Source: Candidatus Gottesmanbacteria bacterium UBA6580
GTDB lineage: Bacteria > Patescibacteriota > Microgenomatia > UBA10105 > UBA927
Direction: 5' to 3'
DNA length: 64,000 bases
Assembly: GCA_002433895.1 (NCBI GenBank)
Contig: DJJA01000003.1
Coordinates: 575,745-639,744 of the forward strand
The notes below the pieces were generated by a model. That model ran no database searches and was not told the DNA's origin. It saw only the letters and a list, made by a program, of their open reading frames with translations. The stretch's first letter is position 1. Each line of letters starts with the position of its first letter. The translations under genes and the position numbers were made by a program. Shown in pieces: positions 46,732 to 56,078 of this stretch.

Positions 46732-47547
46732 ATGGCAGACACCCAACAGATACTCCATTTAGACTTAGATTTGCTTCAGCCAAATCCGCTGCAACCCCGC
46801 GGAATTATCGCTCCTGATTTGCTTGCTGATCTCGTCGATTCCATCAAAGAACATGGGATTATCGAGCCGCTCGTAGTCGCCAAAACTCCGGCCGGATATC
46901 AGATTATCGCTGGAGAGCGCCGGTGGCGAGCGTCAAAGATTGCCGGACTCACCACGGTTCCCGTATTAATTAAAGAAACATCCGCCAAGGGAATGTTGGA
47001 AATGGCGCTCGTCGAAAACGTACAGCGCGTTGACCTTAACCCTATCGACCGTGCATTAGCATTTCAACGCTTGATCGAGGAGTTTGGATTGTCTGTGACA
47101 CTAATTGCCAAACGGATTGGAAAGAGCGAATCGTATGTTTCAAATACGATGCGGTTACTCGCACTTCCTGACGCGATAAAAGACGGATTGGTTTCCGGCG
47201 CTATTAGCGAAGGGCATGCGCGGGCTATTGCGGGGCTCAACGACGTCAAGCTCATGGTAGATGCATACAAGACAATACTTTCTGAGAGCGCCTCGGTACG
47301 GAGAGCGGAAGACCTTGCCCGTCGTCTGAAAGCCAAGACTGACCAGCAACCATCACATAAAATTGAACGTATCCACAGTGATGAGCTGGATGCTATCGCC
47401 AAGGATTTGGCGCAAGCAGTAAACGGATTGGTCAAAATTACGCAGTCCAAGGTAGAGGCACGGTTGGTATTTGTTATCCGTGGCAATCTGGAAACAACCA
47501 GTCACTCCCTTAAGCTCGTGCATGAGCGGCTGGCAGGTAAAAAATAG
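46732..47547 (+). CDS. parB: ParB/Spo0J-like partition protein
   Basis: 'LQPNPLQPRG' and 'IAGERRWRA' ParB box motifs. No parA is adjacent. Confidence 0.75.
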   Translation: MADTQQILHLDLDLLQPNPLQPRGIIAPDLLADLVDSIKEHGIIEPLVVAKTPAGYQIIAGERRWRASKIAGLTTVPVLIKETSAKGMLEMALVENVQRVDLNPIDRALAFQRLIEEFGLSVTLIAKRIGKSESYVSNTMRLLALPDAIKDGLVSGAISEGHARAIAGLNDVKLMVDAYKTILSESASVRRAEDLARRLKAKTDQQPSHKIERIHSDELDAIAKDLAQAVNGLVKITQSKVEARLVFVIRGNLETTSHSLKLVHERLAGKK

Positions 47548-47589
47548 GCTTCAGCATTCCTTCGTTGTGAGTACGATTCCATTTTGTGG

Positions 47590-48150
47590 TTAGAAATCGT
47601 ACGTGGGGATCGGTATCAGACCGGCACTTGAGGTTGGCCAATACCGAAGAAATGCTTTGCCGATAAAATCATACTTTGAGACAGGTCCAAACTCACGCGA
47701 ATCAGAACTCCCTGGCCGGTTATCGCCGCTGACGAAATAATATTCTGGGGGTACGGTAATTTCTACCCCTTCCTGTAAGAATGACCCGCCAAAGACCGGC
47801 TTGTTATATTCGTACCGCTCTTCCAGCAATTGGCCGTTGATATAAAATTTTTGATTTTTGAGCATAACCGTTTCACCCGGTAGCCCAATAACCCGTTTGA
47901 TGTAATCAATATCTTTGTTAGTCGGGGATTTAAAGATGACGATATCCCCCCGTTTCGGCTCGGTCATTTTGTAAATGATTTTATTGGTAAGAATATAGTC
48001 GCCGTTTTGAAAATTGGGCTCCATCGAATGTCCGCTGACCTCTTGGGGCGACATGACAAAGAGATAGATCATCACCATGACCGCTGCGATAGCGACAATC
48101 CCCTGAAGAAAATCAAATAACGCCGCGAGCGCTTTTCCGATAAATTTCAT
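47590..48150 (-). CDS. lepB: Signal peptidase I
   Basis: 'VSGHSMEPNF' Ser box, 'YIKRVIGLPGE' Lys box and 'GDNR' motif. Start placed at the ATG with a GAGGA SD (48150); the longer track ORF has no SD. Confidence 0.8.
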   Translation of the reverse strand: MKFIGKALAALFDFLQGIVAIAAVMVMIYLFVMSPQEVSGHSMEPNFQNGDYILTNKIIYKMTEPKRGDIVIFKSPTNKDIDYIKRVIGLPGETVMLKNQKFYINGQLLEERYEYNKPVFGGSFLQEGVEITVPPEYYFVSGDNRPGSSDSREFGPVSKYDFIGKAFLRYWPTSSAGLIPIPTYDF

Positions 48151-48349
48151 ATCTATCCTCAGTGTAGAGCACACTATGAGGGTGGTCAAGCGGTGGAAAA
48201 GAAGATATAATGGAGCTCGTATCAGGTAAGCCAAGTAGACTGAAGTAGTAGGGTAAATTGTCGCAAGGGTGTGAGCTGCGATTGAGCCCTTTGCGACACA
48301 GTATAGGAAAGAAAGTTGGAAAAGGAAACGCATGTTTCCTTTCCAAGAG

Positions 48350-48426
48350 GGACCCGTAGCTCAGCTGGCTAGAGCGTTTCATTGACATTGAAAAGGTCAG
48401 AGGTTCAAGTCCTCTCGGGTCCACCA
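48350..48426 (+). tRNA. tRNA-Val (anticodon GAC)
   Basis: Cloverleaf: acceptor GGACCCG/CGGGTCC, D-arm GCTCAGCTGGCTAGAGC, anticodon stem TTTCA/TGAAA with loop TTGACAT, T-arm GAGGTTCAAGTCCTC, encoded CCA. Confidence 0.85.
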
Positions 48427-48519
48427 TATCAGGGATATAATCCCATAACACTCCGTGACGTGGATTACTCGTCCTATAGTTTGATTTTCCTGAGGTTTTA
48501 GTGTATATTTACGGGTCGT

Positions 48520-48951
48520 ATGGCAAGAATTGAGCAATTGAACGAGCAGGAAAAAGCAGCGCTGCGAGACATGATCAAACGGGCGGACAGATCACGTGAT
48601 GTGACGAAATTTTCTTTGATGCTTTTAGAAGCTGCTAAACAGTTCCGCAAAAATCCGTTCCGGTTTGTGGAAGAGGAAATGCGTAAGCTCGATAGCGGAT
48701 TGTACCTCGTGGCGCAGCCAATGACTCCCCAATTACGATCGCAGTATATCGCTTCTATGCCGTATACCGGTAAACAGGAGTATCCTTTTGGATTAGGGTT
48801 GCTTTTGGGAACAGAGCAAGGTTGGCATGCGCGGTTGCGCGTATTGATGGTATCTCCTCAACAAAATAGTATCAATTTAGATTCCGCGGGATTTATGGGA
48901 CCTCGACCCGGAACTCGGTTTGCGCGATCACTTCGGTTCAGAGAGAGTTAA
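48520..48951 (+). CDS. Hypothetical protein
   Basis: 143 aa ORF with no recognised motif. Confidence 0.4.
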   Translation: MARIEQLNEQEKAALRDMIKRADRSRDVTKFSLMLLEAAKQFRKNPFRFVEEEMRKLDSGLYLVAQPMTPQLRSQYIASMPYTGKQEYPFGLGLLLGTEQGWHARLRVLMVSPQQNSINLDSAGFMGPRPGTRFARSLRFRES

Positions 48952-49013
48952 CGGCATCCTGCTTTTTTGATTTTTTTCCCACGAAGATTATAATCACCTG
49001 TAGGTTTACGGGT

Positions 49014-49679
49014 ATGAAAAAAATAATTACGACGTTGTTATCTGGCCTCGTAGGAAGGAAAAAAGCCGTGCGTATCGTGGGCATTTTGCTACTCCTTGCC
49101 GGGATTATCTACAACCTCACGCTTCAACAAGACTCCGTATTCCCATCAGAAACAACCACTCAGATTTCCCCAACGTCTATAGCAGCGAGTCCTTCCGCAA
49201 CTCCAGTGGCTGGTCACAGTGGGAAATTGGTAACCGTCGTGAGTGTCGTCGACGGCGATACCATAAAGATAGAAGGCGGTGAGGTGGTGCGCTATATCGG
49301 CATGAACACCCCCGAAACCGTAGCGCCACGGCGTCCGGTAGAATGCTTCGGGAAAGAGGCAAGCGCGAAAAACAAAGAACTCGTGCAGGGAAAGACGGTG
49401 GAACTCGAAAAAGATATATCAGAGCGTGACACTTATGGTAGGCTGCTCCGGTATGTATGGATCGGTGACATGCTGCTCAATGAATATCTCGTCCGCGAAG
49501 GGTTTGCCCAGGTGAGTACCTATCCACCGGACGTAAAATATGCAGAGCGGCTGCTTGCTGCTCAGCGGCTGGCAGTTGAAGAAAAGAAAGGGATGTGGGG
49601 CGGCGAATGCACGCCTATTGTTCCTACGGTTTCTCCGACGCCTATGGTGAGCACCCCGTCCGCGACGCCCACGCTCTAA
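49014..49679 (+). CDS. Membrane-anchored thermonuclease (staphylococcal nuclease-like, SNase fold)
   Basis: 'VVDGDTIKI...VRYIGMNTPE...YGRLLRYVW' SNase motifs, an N-terminal TM helix and a Ser/Thr/Pro-rich C-terminus. Confidence 0.75.
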   Translation: MKKIITTLLSGLVGRKKAVRIVGILLLLAGIIYNLTLQQDSVFPSETTTQISPTSIAASPSATPVAGHSGKLVTVVSVVDGDTIKIEGGEVVRYIGMNTPETVAPRRPVECFGKEASAKNKELVQGKTVELEKDISERDTYGRLLRYVWIGDMLLNEYLVREGFAQVSTYPPDVKYAERLLAAQRLAVEEKKGMWGGECTPIVPTVSPTPMVSTPSATPTL

Positions 49680-49698
49680 TTTATACTTTCAATACGCG

Positions 49699-49983
49699 GT
49701 GTACCAGAGTACAATGCCTCAAATGAGACAACGATCGTCGAGGCGCAGCCGTCCACCTGAAAGTTTATATCATTCATTGTTGCTCACCGTCCTGTATCAT
49801 CCGAAGCGTGAGCAGGAGCCAACGACGAGATTGTATTGCTCCAATTGCGAACGGATTTTTTTTGAAGGGGTTGTACGCACTCGGCGAGATAGAATTCGGT
49901 TTAAGATTGCCGAAGATGTCGCGATAGAACACAAATTTATGGGGCATGAAGTCGTTTATGTCCGTCCCGAGCGGTTGTTATAA
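49699..49983 (+). CDS. Hypothetical small protein
   Basis: ORF only. Possible CxxC pair in 'YCSNCERIFF'. Confidence 0.25.
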   Translation: MYQSTMPQMRQRSSRRSRPPESLYHSLLLTVLYHPKREQEPTTRLYCSNCERIFFEGVVRTRRDRIRFKIAEDVAIEHKFMGHEVVYVRPERLL

Positions 49984-50603
49984 TGGTATTTACTCCTATG
50001 ACTCTACCCGGGTATCTTGCACGCCACCCCAAAACACACCTCATTTTTGATTTTGACGAAACACTGTTTTGGCTCGTGCTGGATTGGGATAGATTTTTTG
50101 AGGCGATGGAAAAAGAGCTCGCGCCCCTCGATCGCACATTATATGACGATTTAGCGGCGCAAAAGCGATCTTTGACCGGGACATTGAACGCGTATGTGGA
50201 AACATACGGTATAAAAGCAAAGCAGATTATTACCAACATGTCAGTGCGGTTTGAAGAGGCACATCTTCAGGATGTGATACCAAACCCAGCACTTGTCGAT
50301 TTTGTTTCCGCTCATCGAGATAAATACCGTATGTCTATCTGGACGAGTAATACCAGCAGGATTGTGGAAAAAGTGCTGGAGGAGCACAAGCTGTCCGGCG
50401 TGTTCTCGCGGGTTGCGAGCCAGTTGGAAGTTATGATGCTCAAGCCCTATGGTGACGGGTTCCGTTATCTAGCGCAATCAGGTGTGCCAAAGAATAGGTA
50501 CCTCATGATTGGCAACAGTAAAGCCGATGCGGAAGCGGCAAAAGCCGTCGGCATCGACTATTTCCACGTCGATTATTTTACGAAAAAAACCCAGGCTGAC
50601 TAA
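49983..50603 (+). CDS. HAD-superfamily hydrolase
   Basis: 'LIFDFDETLF' DxDxT motif I and 'IGNSKADAEAA' motif IV-like. Confidence 0.65.
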   Translation: MVFTPMTLPGYLARHPKTHLIFDFDETLFWLVLDWDRFFEAMEKELAPLDRTLYDDLAAQKRSLTGTLNAYVETYGIKAKQIITNMSVRFEEAHLQDVIPNPALVDFVSAHRDKYRMSIWTSNTSRIVEKVLEEHKLSGVFSRVASQLEVMMLKPYGDGFRYLAQSGVPKNRYLMIGNSKADAEAAKAVGIDYFHVDYFTKKTQAD

Positions 50604-50604
50604 A

Positions 50605-50826
50605 TTAGTGGACTATTTCGCGTCCGGATCTTGCCCATTCTGGGGTGCGAGGGCTTCTCCGTATGTCCTGAACTTCTTGGAAAAGACGGGTTTTGAGTTC
50701 CTGAACCGGAATACCGAGTGCTGTTGCTTCGACAGCAAGTCGCTCTTCACGAAGTGCGCGGTTGTGGCGTTTTCTGCCGCTTGCACGCATGAGTCCTGGT
50801 TGTATTTTCGTTGGTGCACCTTTCAT
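50605..50826 (-). CDS. Hypothetical small basic protein with a strong SD
   Basis: 73 aa. The reverse-strand upstream reads CAAGGAGGAATTCTT-ATG, an AAGGAGG SD 7 nt before the start. Confidence 0.4.
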   Translation of the reverse strand: MKGAPTKIQPGLMRASGRKRHNRALREERLAVEATALGIPVQELKTRLFQEVQDIRRSPRTPEWARSGREIVH

Positions 50827-50927
50827 AAGAATTCCTCCTTGCGGGCAGCTAGGGTTTGTATATTAGACGGATTATACAGGAGCGCTAATTTGCGTCAATA
50901 GTTGAATTAGTTTGGTATACTGATGCC

Positions 50928-51566
50928 GTGATTTACGAGCGGCAACCTATCGATCGCACCAACCTCACCGGTTTTTTGGGAGAGACAGCAGCATACCGCG
51001 CGATATTTAACTCCGTGCATCCACCGTTACCCGAAGAATTGCACATGCTCCGTGATACCGTCGGGGCGAAGTTTCTTTACCAGCTTGGTCAAATCCATGC
51101 GCCACTTTACGTGGTAAATGATGCATTTGCCATGCCGGTGAGCAATTTCCAGGGAGGTGTGTCACTGTGGAGGCCAAAATACCTCATGTCGTATTTTGTG
51201 AGTATGTTTGATAAAAAGCTCATGGTGATGCAGACATGGCGGGCAGTGCGACCCGAGCGGGTAGGCGTACCGAGGGCTGCACAAATAGATTTTCTGCAGA
51301 TTGCTGATTTACTGACCGGACGAAATAGCCAAAAATTGTATCCACGCAGACAATCGTTGGAGAACTTGGCGTATACGGGTATGCATTCTGAAGGCGCCGC
51401 GTTTTTGGGAAAACTGCGTAGTCTAATCACTTCGATATCAGGCGATTGCCGTGTGTTTCTCGTGCCTGCAGATCAGCAACGGGAGCGCATCGCGCGCATG
51501 GCATTCCGCGACTACCCAAATGTAGAAATACAAGAAGTTTCGGAAAAACGGCAACGCCCCCGTTAG
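50928..51566 (+). CDS. Hypothetical protein
   Basis: 212 aa ORF with no recognised motif. Confidence 0.4.
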   Translation: MIYERQPIDRTNLTGFLGETAAYRAIFNSVHPPLPEELHMLRDTVGAKFLYQLGQIHAPLYVVNDAFAMPVSNFQGGVSLWRPKYLMSYFVSMFDKKLMVMQTWRAVRPERVGVPRAAQIDFLQIADLLTGRNSQKLYPRRQSLENLAYTGMHSEGAAFLGKLRSLITSISGDCRVFLVPADQQRERIARMAFRDYPNVEIQEVSEKRQRPR

Positions 51567-51586
51567 TCTGTACCCCCATCATCTCA

Positions 51587-51607
51587 AGCCCACATCGGGA
51601 GTGTGCT
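51587..51607. repeat. REP-like palindromic hairpin, copy 1 (AGCCCACATCGGGAGTGTGCT, imperfect)
   Basis: Same 21-mer as 52302-52322 with one mismatch. It lies immediately after the transposase stop. Confidence 0.7.
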
Positions 51608-52282
51608 CTAGTTTTGTTCGATGAGCAAGCGCTTTATGATGTGCAGATTGCGTTGATAGTCAGCGCTATCCTTCAAAAAAGTAATATAGTTATGGGGTGT
51701 TTGGAACGATAAAAGAATTTGTTGCGGATCGGTAAATGTTTGCTTTGTTGAAGTGTACTCATTCAGAGAAGACCATTGATAGTTCATAAGTTTATGGAAT
51801 GTTGAAACCACTCCGTTGCTATAGGGATTTAAGTGTATATATCTGGATACGTGGAGAAGCTGTTCATCTGAGGTTATGTGAACGGCTTTGAATTGGCCCT
51901 GAAATAAGGGGCCAACTCTTTTGTAACGGGTATTAAAATATTTTGTATAGCTATCAGAAATCCGTCGGATATACTCCGATACTCCACCATCAATCTCCTG
52001 ACGCAAAAGAAAATGAAAGTGATTGGGCATAAATACATAACTTATAACGGTGACAATTCGCTCGTGAGATTTTAGGCCTTCTAAGTACTCGTGTTTTAGA
52101 TTATTGGTCAGTTGAATATATTTCGAGAATTTAAGACGCGGATTATCATATAAATAATACTCACAAATGTTTTTTAAACGTTCGTAACATCTTTCATCAC
52201 TAAAAATTGAACGTTTTTCTACCCCTCTATTGTAGACGTGGTAATAGTGAGCGTTTATAAATGGTATTAGCCGTTGAGGCAT
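51608..52282 (-). CDS. IS200/IS605-family Y1 (HUH) transposase, REP-associated tyrosine transposase (RAYT)-like
   Basis: 'HYHVYNRGV' and 'MPNHFHFLL' HUH motif, with a downstream Tyr-containing helix 'SRYIHLNPY'. It is flanked on both sides by the same palindromic repeat. AT-rich. Confidence 0.75.
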   Translation of the reverse strand: MPQRLIPFINAHYYHVYNRGVEKRSIFSDERCYERLKNICEYYLYDNPRLKFSKYIQLTNNLKHEYLEGLKSHERIVTVISYVFMPNHFHFLLRQEIDGGVSEYIRRISDSYTKYFNTRYKRVGPLFQGQFKAVHITSDEQLLHVSRYIHLNPYSNGVVSTFHKLMNYQWSSLNEYTSTKQTFTDPQQILLSFQTPHNYITFLKDSADYQRNLHIIKRLLIEQN

Positions 52283-52301
52283 AAATATTTCGCTTTTACT
52301 A

Positions 52302-52322
52302 AGCCCACATCGGGAGTGGGCT
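52302..52322. repeat. REP-like palindromic hairpin, copy 2 (AGCCCAC-ATCGGGA-GTGGGCT)
   Basis: Perfect 7 bp stem with a 7 nt loop, 20 bp upstream of the RAYT start. Confidence 0.75.
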
Positions 52323-52328
52323 TAAAGG

Positions 52329-54311
52329 TTAGTTGTCCCGCAGGATGTCATTATGCTTATGGCTCATGTCGAAGCGGAGTTTGAAGTGTTTTTTAGATAG
52401 ATCATGGCGATCATATTCTTTCCATTTAGATGAGCCGTCCTCAAATAGCTGTACCACGACGATTTTATAAGAATTTTTCCACCACCATTTCTTGTTGGGT
52501 AAGACACTGAGAGTGTAGGCCTCTTTGTGTGGCTCCAGTATGGTAATTTGCCCTTCGGAATCTTCAAACTTATTTCCATCTTTATCGATGAGCGTGGCGC
52601 GCGCGCCATCAACGATAATAAGAAGCGCCGTTATTCCTTTAGCGGGTTTTATTTGCTGGTTATCTTGTTTCATGCGAGTAAGCGGTTGAGGGTGCAAAGA
52701 TCCGTTTATGAAGTCGATAATTGTACGTATTCCAAGCGTGTTGGTGACAAGCTCTGTGTGATCCAATGGAAGTATAAAATTTTGTGCGTCGGGTAGCTGA
52801 CTACTTTCTAAAAGTACGGTTCCATCGCCATCACGAAAAAATTTGTTTTTTGTAGGTTTCCCATCCCACCAATTTCCCAATCGTTGATCTGCACGGTTTG
52901 GTGGTAATACTTCCAGTGAGCTCAATGTCTCATAACCCGTTCCACTAAGGGTTCCGACGGTTGTTCCGTAATAGGGATAAGATAATGAAGTTGGGAGCCA
53001 ATTATTTCTAATTTTCATATCAGAAATAGGCGTTAGCGCACCACTCAGTGACCGTAGATAATCAAAAGTCGGTAGAATGTTTTGTAGGGATAATACAAGA
53101 TTATTTATCATTTCCCGAGCCGACCAACCTTTACGAAGCGAGCACCCGACCTTCATGACGGTAAAACCGAGTCTGATCGCAGCATCATCTGTCCATATTT
53201 CGCCACCTGCCCAGGCAGGATAAGCGAGAACAGAGCCTTTGTGCGGAGATCCTACAGTGAGCAATTTGTTGATGTGACTATTCGTTTGTGAAGATTCCAG
53301 ATAGGCGCGGGCAACTAATCCTCCATAGCTATGCCCAATGACATTAATTAGTTCGTTTTCGTCCGTATTGCGCTGAATATACTCATTTACCTGCGTAGCT
53401 GTCTGAACGGCTGTTTTTCTCCAGTCATAGTAATAGGCTAGAGGCACAAAACCTTCACCTCGGAGGGTATTGATAAGACTTTGGTATACGTCTGCATTGG
53501 CAATTTTCCAGGGGCTCCAACTTTCCGAATAATTGGATGATTTGCAGTTCAGTAACGCATCTTTATTCCAGCTTCCTCCCATGCCGTGAAGTACAAGCAC
53601 CTTTTTGGGTAATTCGGGGGTTGGTGTATTTGTTGGTGTTGGGCTTGGTGTCGGCGTCGATGTTGGAGTGGGTGTAGGCGTCGGAGTTGGTGTCGCTGTA
53701 GGTGTCGGTGTGGGCGTCGAAGTAGGCTCGTAGGTAGAGAGTTCAAAGTTTGCAAGTTCGTAATCACCATTTCCTTGTAATGACACCCATATTCTAGAGA
53801 TATCGAAATTTGCTGATGTTAATAGTGAATGCAGTTCGTTTCCATCCTCATTTACTACTAAATTAGTGTTGCTTAATGGAGATACTAGTATTTTAAAATG
53901 ATGTCTCCCTAAGGTGTGATCCCAATTTACAATTTTTTCTCTTCCAGTTGAGTCGTGAATTTGCATGGATGAATTCCATAGCCCTGCAATTTTCCAGTGT
54001 CCAAAGCTGTCTCCTATTCCTACTCCCCAAGACTGGTTACTAGCTTCTTTGTTTACGATAACGTCAATATCGATTTGAAATGTTTGATTACCATTTATGT
54101 AATAAGAAATTTCGCTCCATGTTGTTGAGTTAGCACCTGTAATGCCATTTGTTGAAGGTAAGGGAGGGGAATCCGTAGTTGGTTTCCAAATGGTACTATA
54201 TCCGCCAAGAAATGTATCTGAAAAAATGAGAGCGGCATTAGCTCTTGTCGGTATAGAAAGAGCTATAAGAACAGCTAAAACTGAACTTAAAACGGGCAGG
54301 ACTTTTTTCAT
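52329..54311 (-). CDS. Secreted LCAT/PGAP1-like alpha/beta-hydrolase (lipase/acyltransferase) with a Thr-Pro-rich linker
   Basis: Signal peptide 'VLAVLIALSIPTRANA', (TP)n linker 'PTSTPTPTPTATPTPTPTPTPTSTPTPSPTPTNTPTP', 'YYYDWRKT' (LCAT-family YDWR) and 'VIGHSYGG' GxSxG. Low-GC gene. Confidence 0.6.
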   Translation of the reverse strand: MKKVLPVLSSVLAVLIALSIPTRANAALIFSDTFLGGYSTIWKPTTDSPPLPSTNGITGANSTTWSEISYYINGNQTFQIDIDVIVNKEASNQSWGVGIGDSFGHWKIAGLWNSSMQIHDSTGREKIVNWDHTLGRHHFKILVSPLSNTNLVVNEDGNELHSLLTSANFDISRIWVSLQGNGDYELANFELSTYEPTSTPTPTPTATPTPTPTPTPTSTPTPSPTPTNTPTPELPKKVLVLHGMGGSWNKDALLNCKSSNYSESWSPWKIANADVYQSLINTLRGEGFVPLAYYYDWRKTAVQTATQVNEYIQRNTDENELINVIGHSYGGLVARAYLESSQTNSHINKLLTVGSPHKGSVLAYPAWAGGEIWTDDAAIRLGFTVMKVGCSLRKGWSAREMINNLVLSLQNILPTFDYLRSLSGALTPISDMKIRNNWLPTSLSYPYYGTTVGTLSGTGYETLSSLEVLPPNRADQRLGNWWDGKPTKNKFFRDGDGTVLLESSQLPDAQNFILPLDHTELVTNTLGIRTIIDFINGSLHPQPLTRMKQDNQQIKPAKGITALLIIVDGARATLIDKDGNKFEDSEGQITILEPHKEAYTLSVLPNKKWWWKNSYKIVVVQLFEDGSSKWKEYDRHDLSKKHFKLRFDMSHKHNDILRDN

Positions 54312-54459
54312 TAGAAGCCCTTAATAAATACTTATAATAAAAACCATACATCAATACATATTATTTGTATGTATGACACCTAACGAGATGGAGTTATGAT
54401 ACACTTACTTGAATTTTACTAACGATTTAATACAAGAATTTATTGATATTTAAAAGTTA

Positions 54460-55365
54460 ATGAAAGCATTTGCTTGTCCGGTTTGTGTTAGTCAAGTTAA
54501 CAACCCCTTTTTATTGGTTAAGGGTTTTTCGACTTATAAATGTAGTAAGTGTAGTTTTGTTTATATTTACCCAAGACCTTCGCAAATGTCCCTGAAGAAG
54601 TATTACTCAAATTTTGATTATAAAAATATCCCTTTCGTAGAGAAAAGAATTAAGGAAGACTCACAAATTAGCCTAGGTTTTATCAATCCCTATAAAGGCT
54701 CTAGAAATACGTTATTAGACTTGGGGTGTGGAAGGGGGTATTTTTTATTGGAGGCAAAGTCAAAAGGCTGGAAAGTTAAAGGTGTTGATGTATCTTTTAA
54801 TGAAGTTGAATACGCTACAAAAAGACTACACCTAAATGTTGTTAGGTCAGATATTATAAAATATAAAGATATAAACAAGTACGATTTGATCACTCTTAGT
54901 CAGGTGATTGAGCATATTAGAAATCCTAATGAGCTTATAAAAAAAACAAAATCATTACTTGCTAAAAATGGTTTGTTATATATCGCAACCCCCAATATTA
55001 ACAGTGCATCAGCCATGATTCATGGTATAAATTTTGAACATTTTATTCCGCCAGAGCATCTTAATTACTTCAACAATCAATCGTTAAAATATTTGTTGGA
55101 AGCTAATGGTTTCCGGATACTTAGATGGGAAACATGGGGATATCCAGAAAACATTTCTGGTATAGTTAAGCGGTTGTTAAAGCGTAACGTCAAAAATAGT
55201 CCAAAAGTAGATAATTTAAACAAAGTAAACGAAGATCAAGTATTTATAAGCATGAAGAATGTTAAGAAATTTGTATTCGATAAGGTTTTTTGTACTTTGA
55301 CTTATAAATCTTTAGATATATTTAACTTGGGTATTAATCTACATATCCTTGCTCAAAAGATATAA
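54460..55365 (+). CDS. Class I SAM-dependent methyltransferase with an N-terminal Cys4 zinc-ribbon
   Basis: 'CPVC...CSKC' followed by 'LLDLGCGRGYF' motif I. Very AT-rich. Confidence 0.65.
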   Translation: MKAFACPVCVSQVNNPFLLVKGFSTYKCSKCSFVYIYPRPSQMSLKKYYSNFDYKNIPFVEKRIKEDSQISLGFINPYKGSRNTLLDLGCGRGYFLLEAKSKGWKVKGVDVSFNEVEYATKRLHLNVVRSDIIKYKDINKYDLITLSQVIEHIRNPNELIKKTKSLLAKNGLLYIATPNINSASAMIHGINFEHFIPPEHLNYFNNQSLKYLLEANGFRILRWETWGYPENISGIVKRLLKRNVKNSPKVDNLNKVNEDQVFISMKNVKKFVFDKVFCTLTYKSLDIFNLGINLHILAQKI

Positions 55366-55367
55366 TT

Positions 55368-56078
55368 ATGCTCTCTGTTCTTATTATTTGTAGGAAAATT
55401 GATGATTTGTTGCTTAAGACAATCAAGAGTGTTGAACCACTACAGCCTCAGGTAATTGTCGATGTTTCCGTCGATCAAAAAAAGGCACTCGGGAAAAGGA
55501 AAAACGGTTTAATCAAAAACGCACCTTCCGAATGGGTTTTAGTGCTTGATACCGACGAAGTTGTTTCAAAATCTCTGCTTCATGAGGTAGGTGAAATTGT
55601 CCGAAAAAATTCTTCTGAATTTCATGGTTACCAGATACCATATCAAAATTATGCCTTTGGTAAAGCGCTGGGTTACGGAGGAGAGAAGTATGGCAAAGTC
55701 AGATTGTTTCGAAAGCGATATGGTCATGTAACACAGCTGCCAATTCATGAAGAAGTCGTCATTGACGGCAAAATCGGCAAGCTAAAAGGAGTTATCCATC
55801 ACTACTCCTATGTTTCGCTGCCGCAAGTGCTGCGGAAGTTCACGAAATACGCGTGGCAGATGGCGGGCGAAAAACAGAAAGCCCATGAGCAAGTGACCAT
55901 CAAAAAATTATTCCTCTATGGCTTGCACATGGTGTGGGCGCGCGCGATTAAAGATCACGGATGGCGTGATGGCTGGCAGGGGGTAGTGCTTGCGCTATGC
56001 TTCGGGTACATGGAAACACTCATGTATTGGATGTTGATTGTACGAAACCTGATCCCGCCCGCCACAAAACAATCGTGA
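55368..56078 (+). CDS. Glycosyltransferase family 2 (small, Kdo/core-type)
   Basis: 'VLVLDTDEVV' DxD motif and about 236 aa. Confidence 0.55.
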   Translation: MLSVLIICRKIDDLLLKTIKSVEPLQPQVIVDVSVDQKKALGKRKNGLIKNAPSEWVLVLDTDEVVSKSLLHEVGEIVRKNSSEFHGYQIPYQNYAFGKALGYGGEKYGKVRLFRKRYGHVTQLPIHEEVVIDGKIGKLKGVIHHYSYVSLPQVLRKFTKYAWQMAGEKQKAHEQVTIKKLFLYGLHMVWARAIKDHGWRDGWQGVVLALCFGYMETLMYWMLIVRNLIPPATKQS

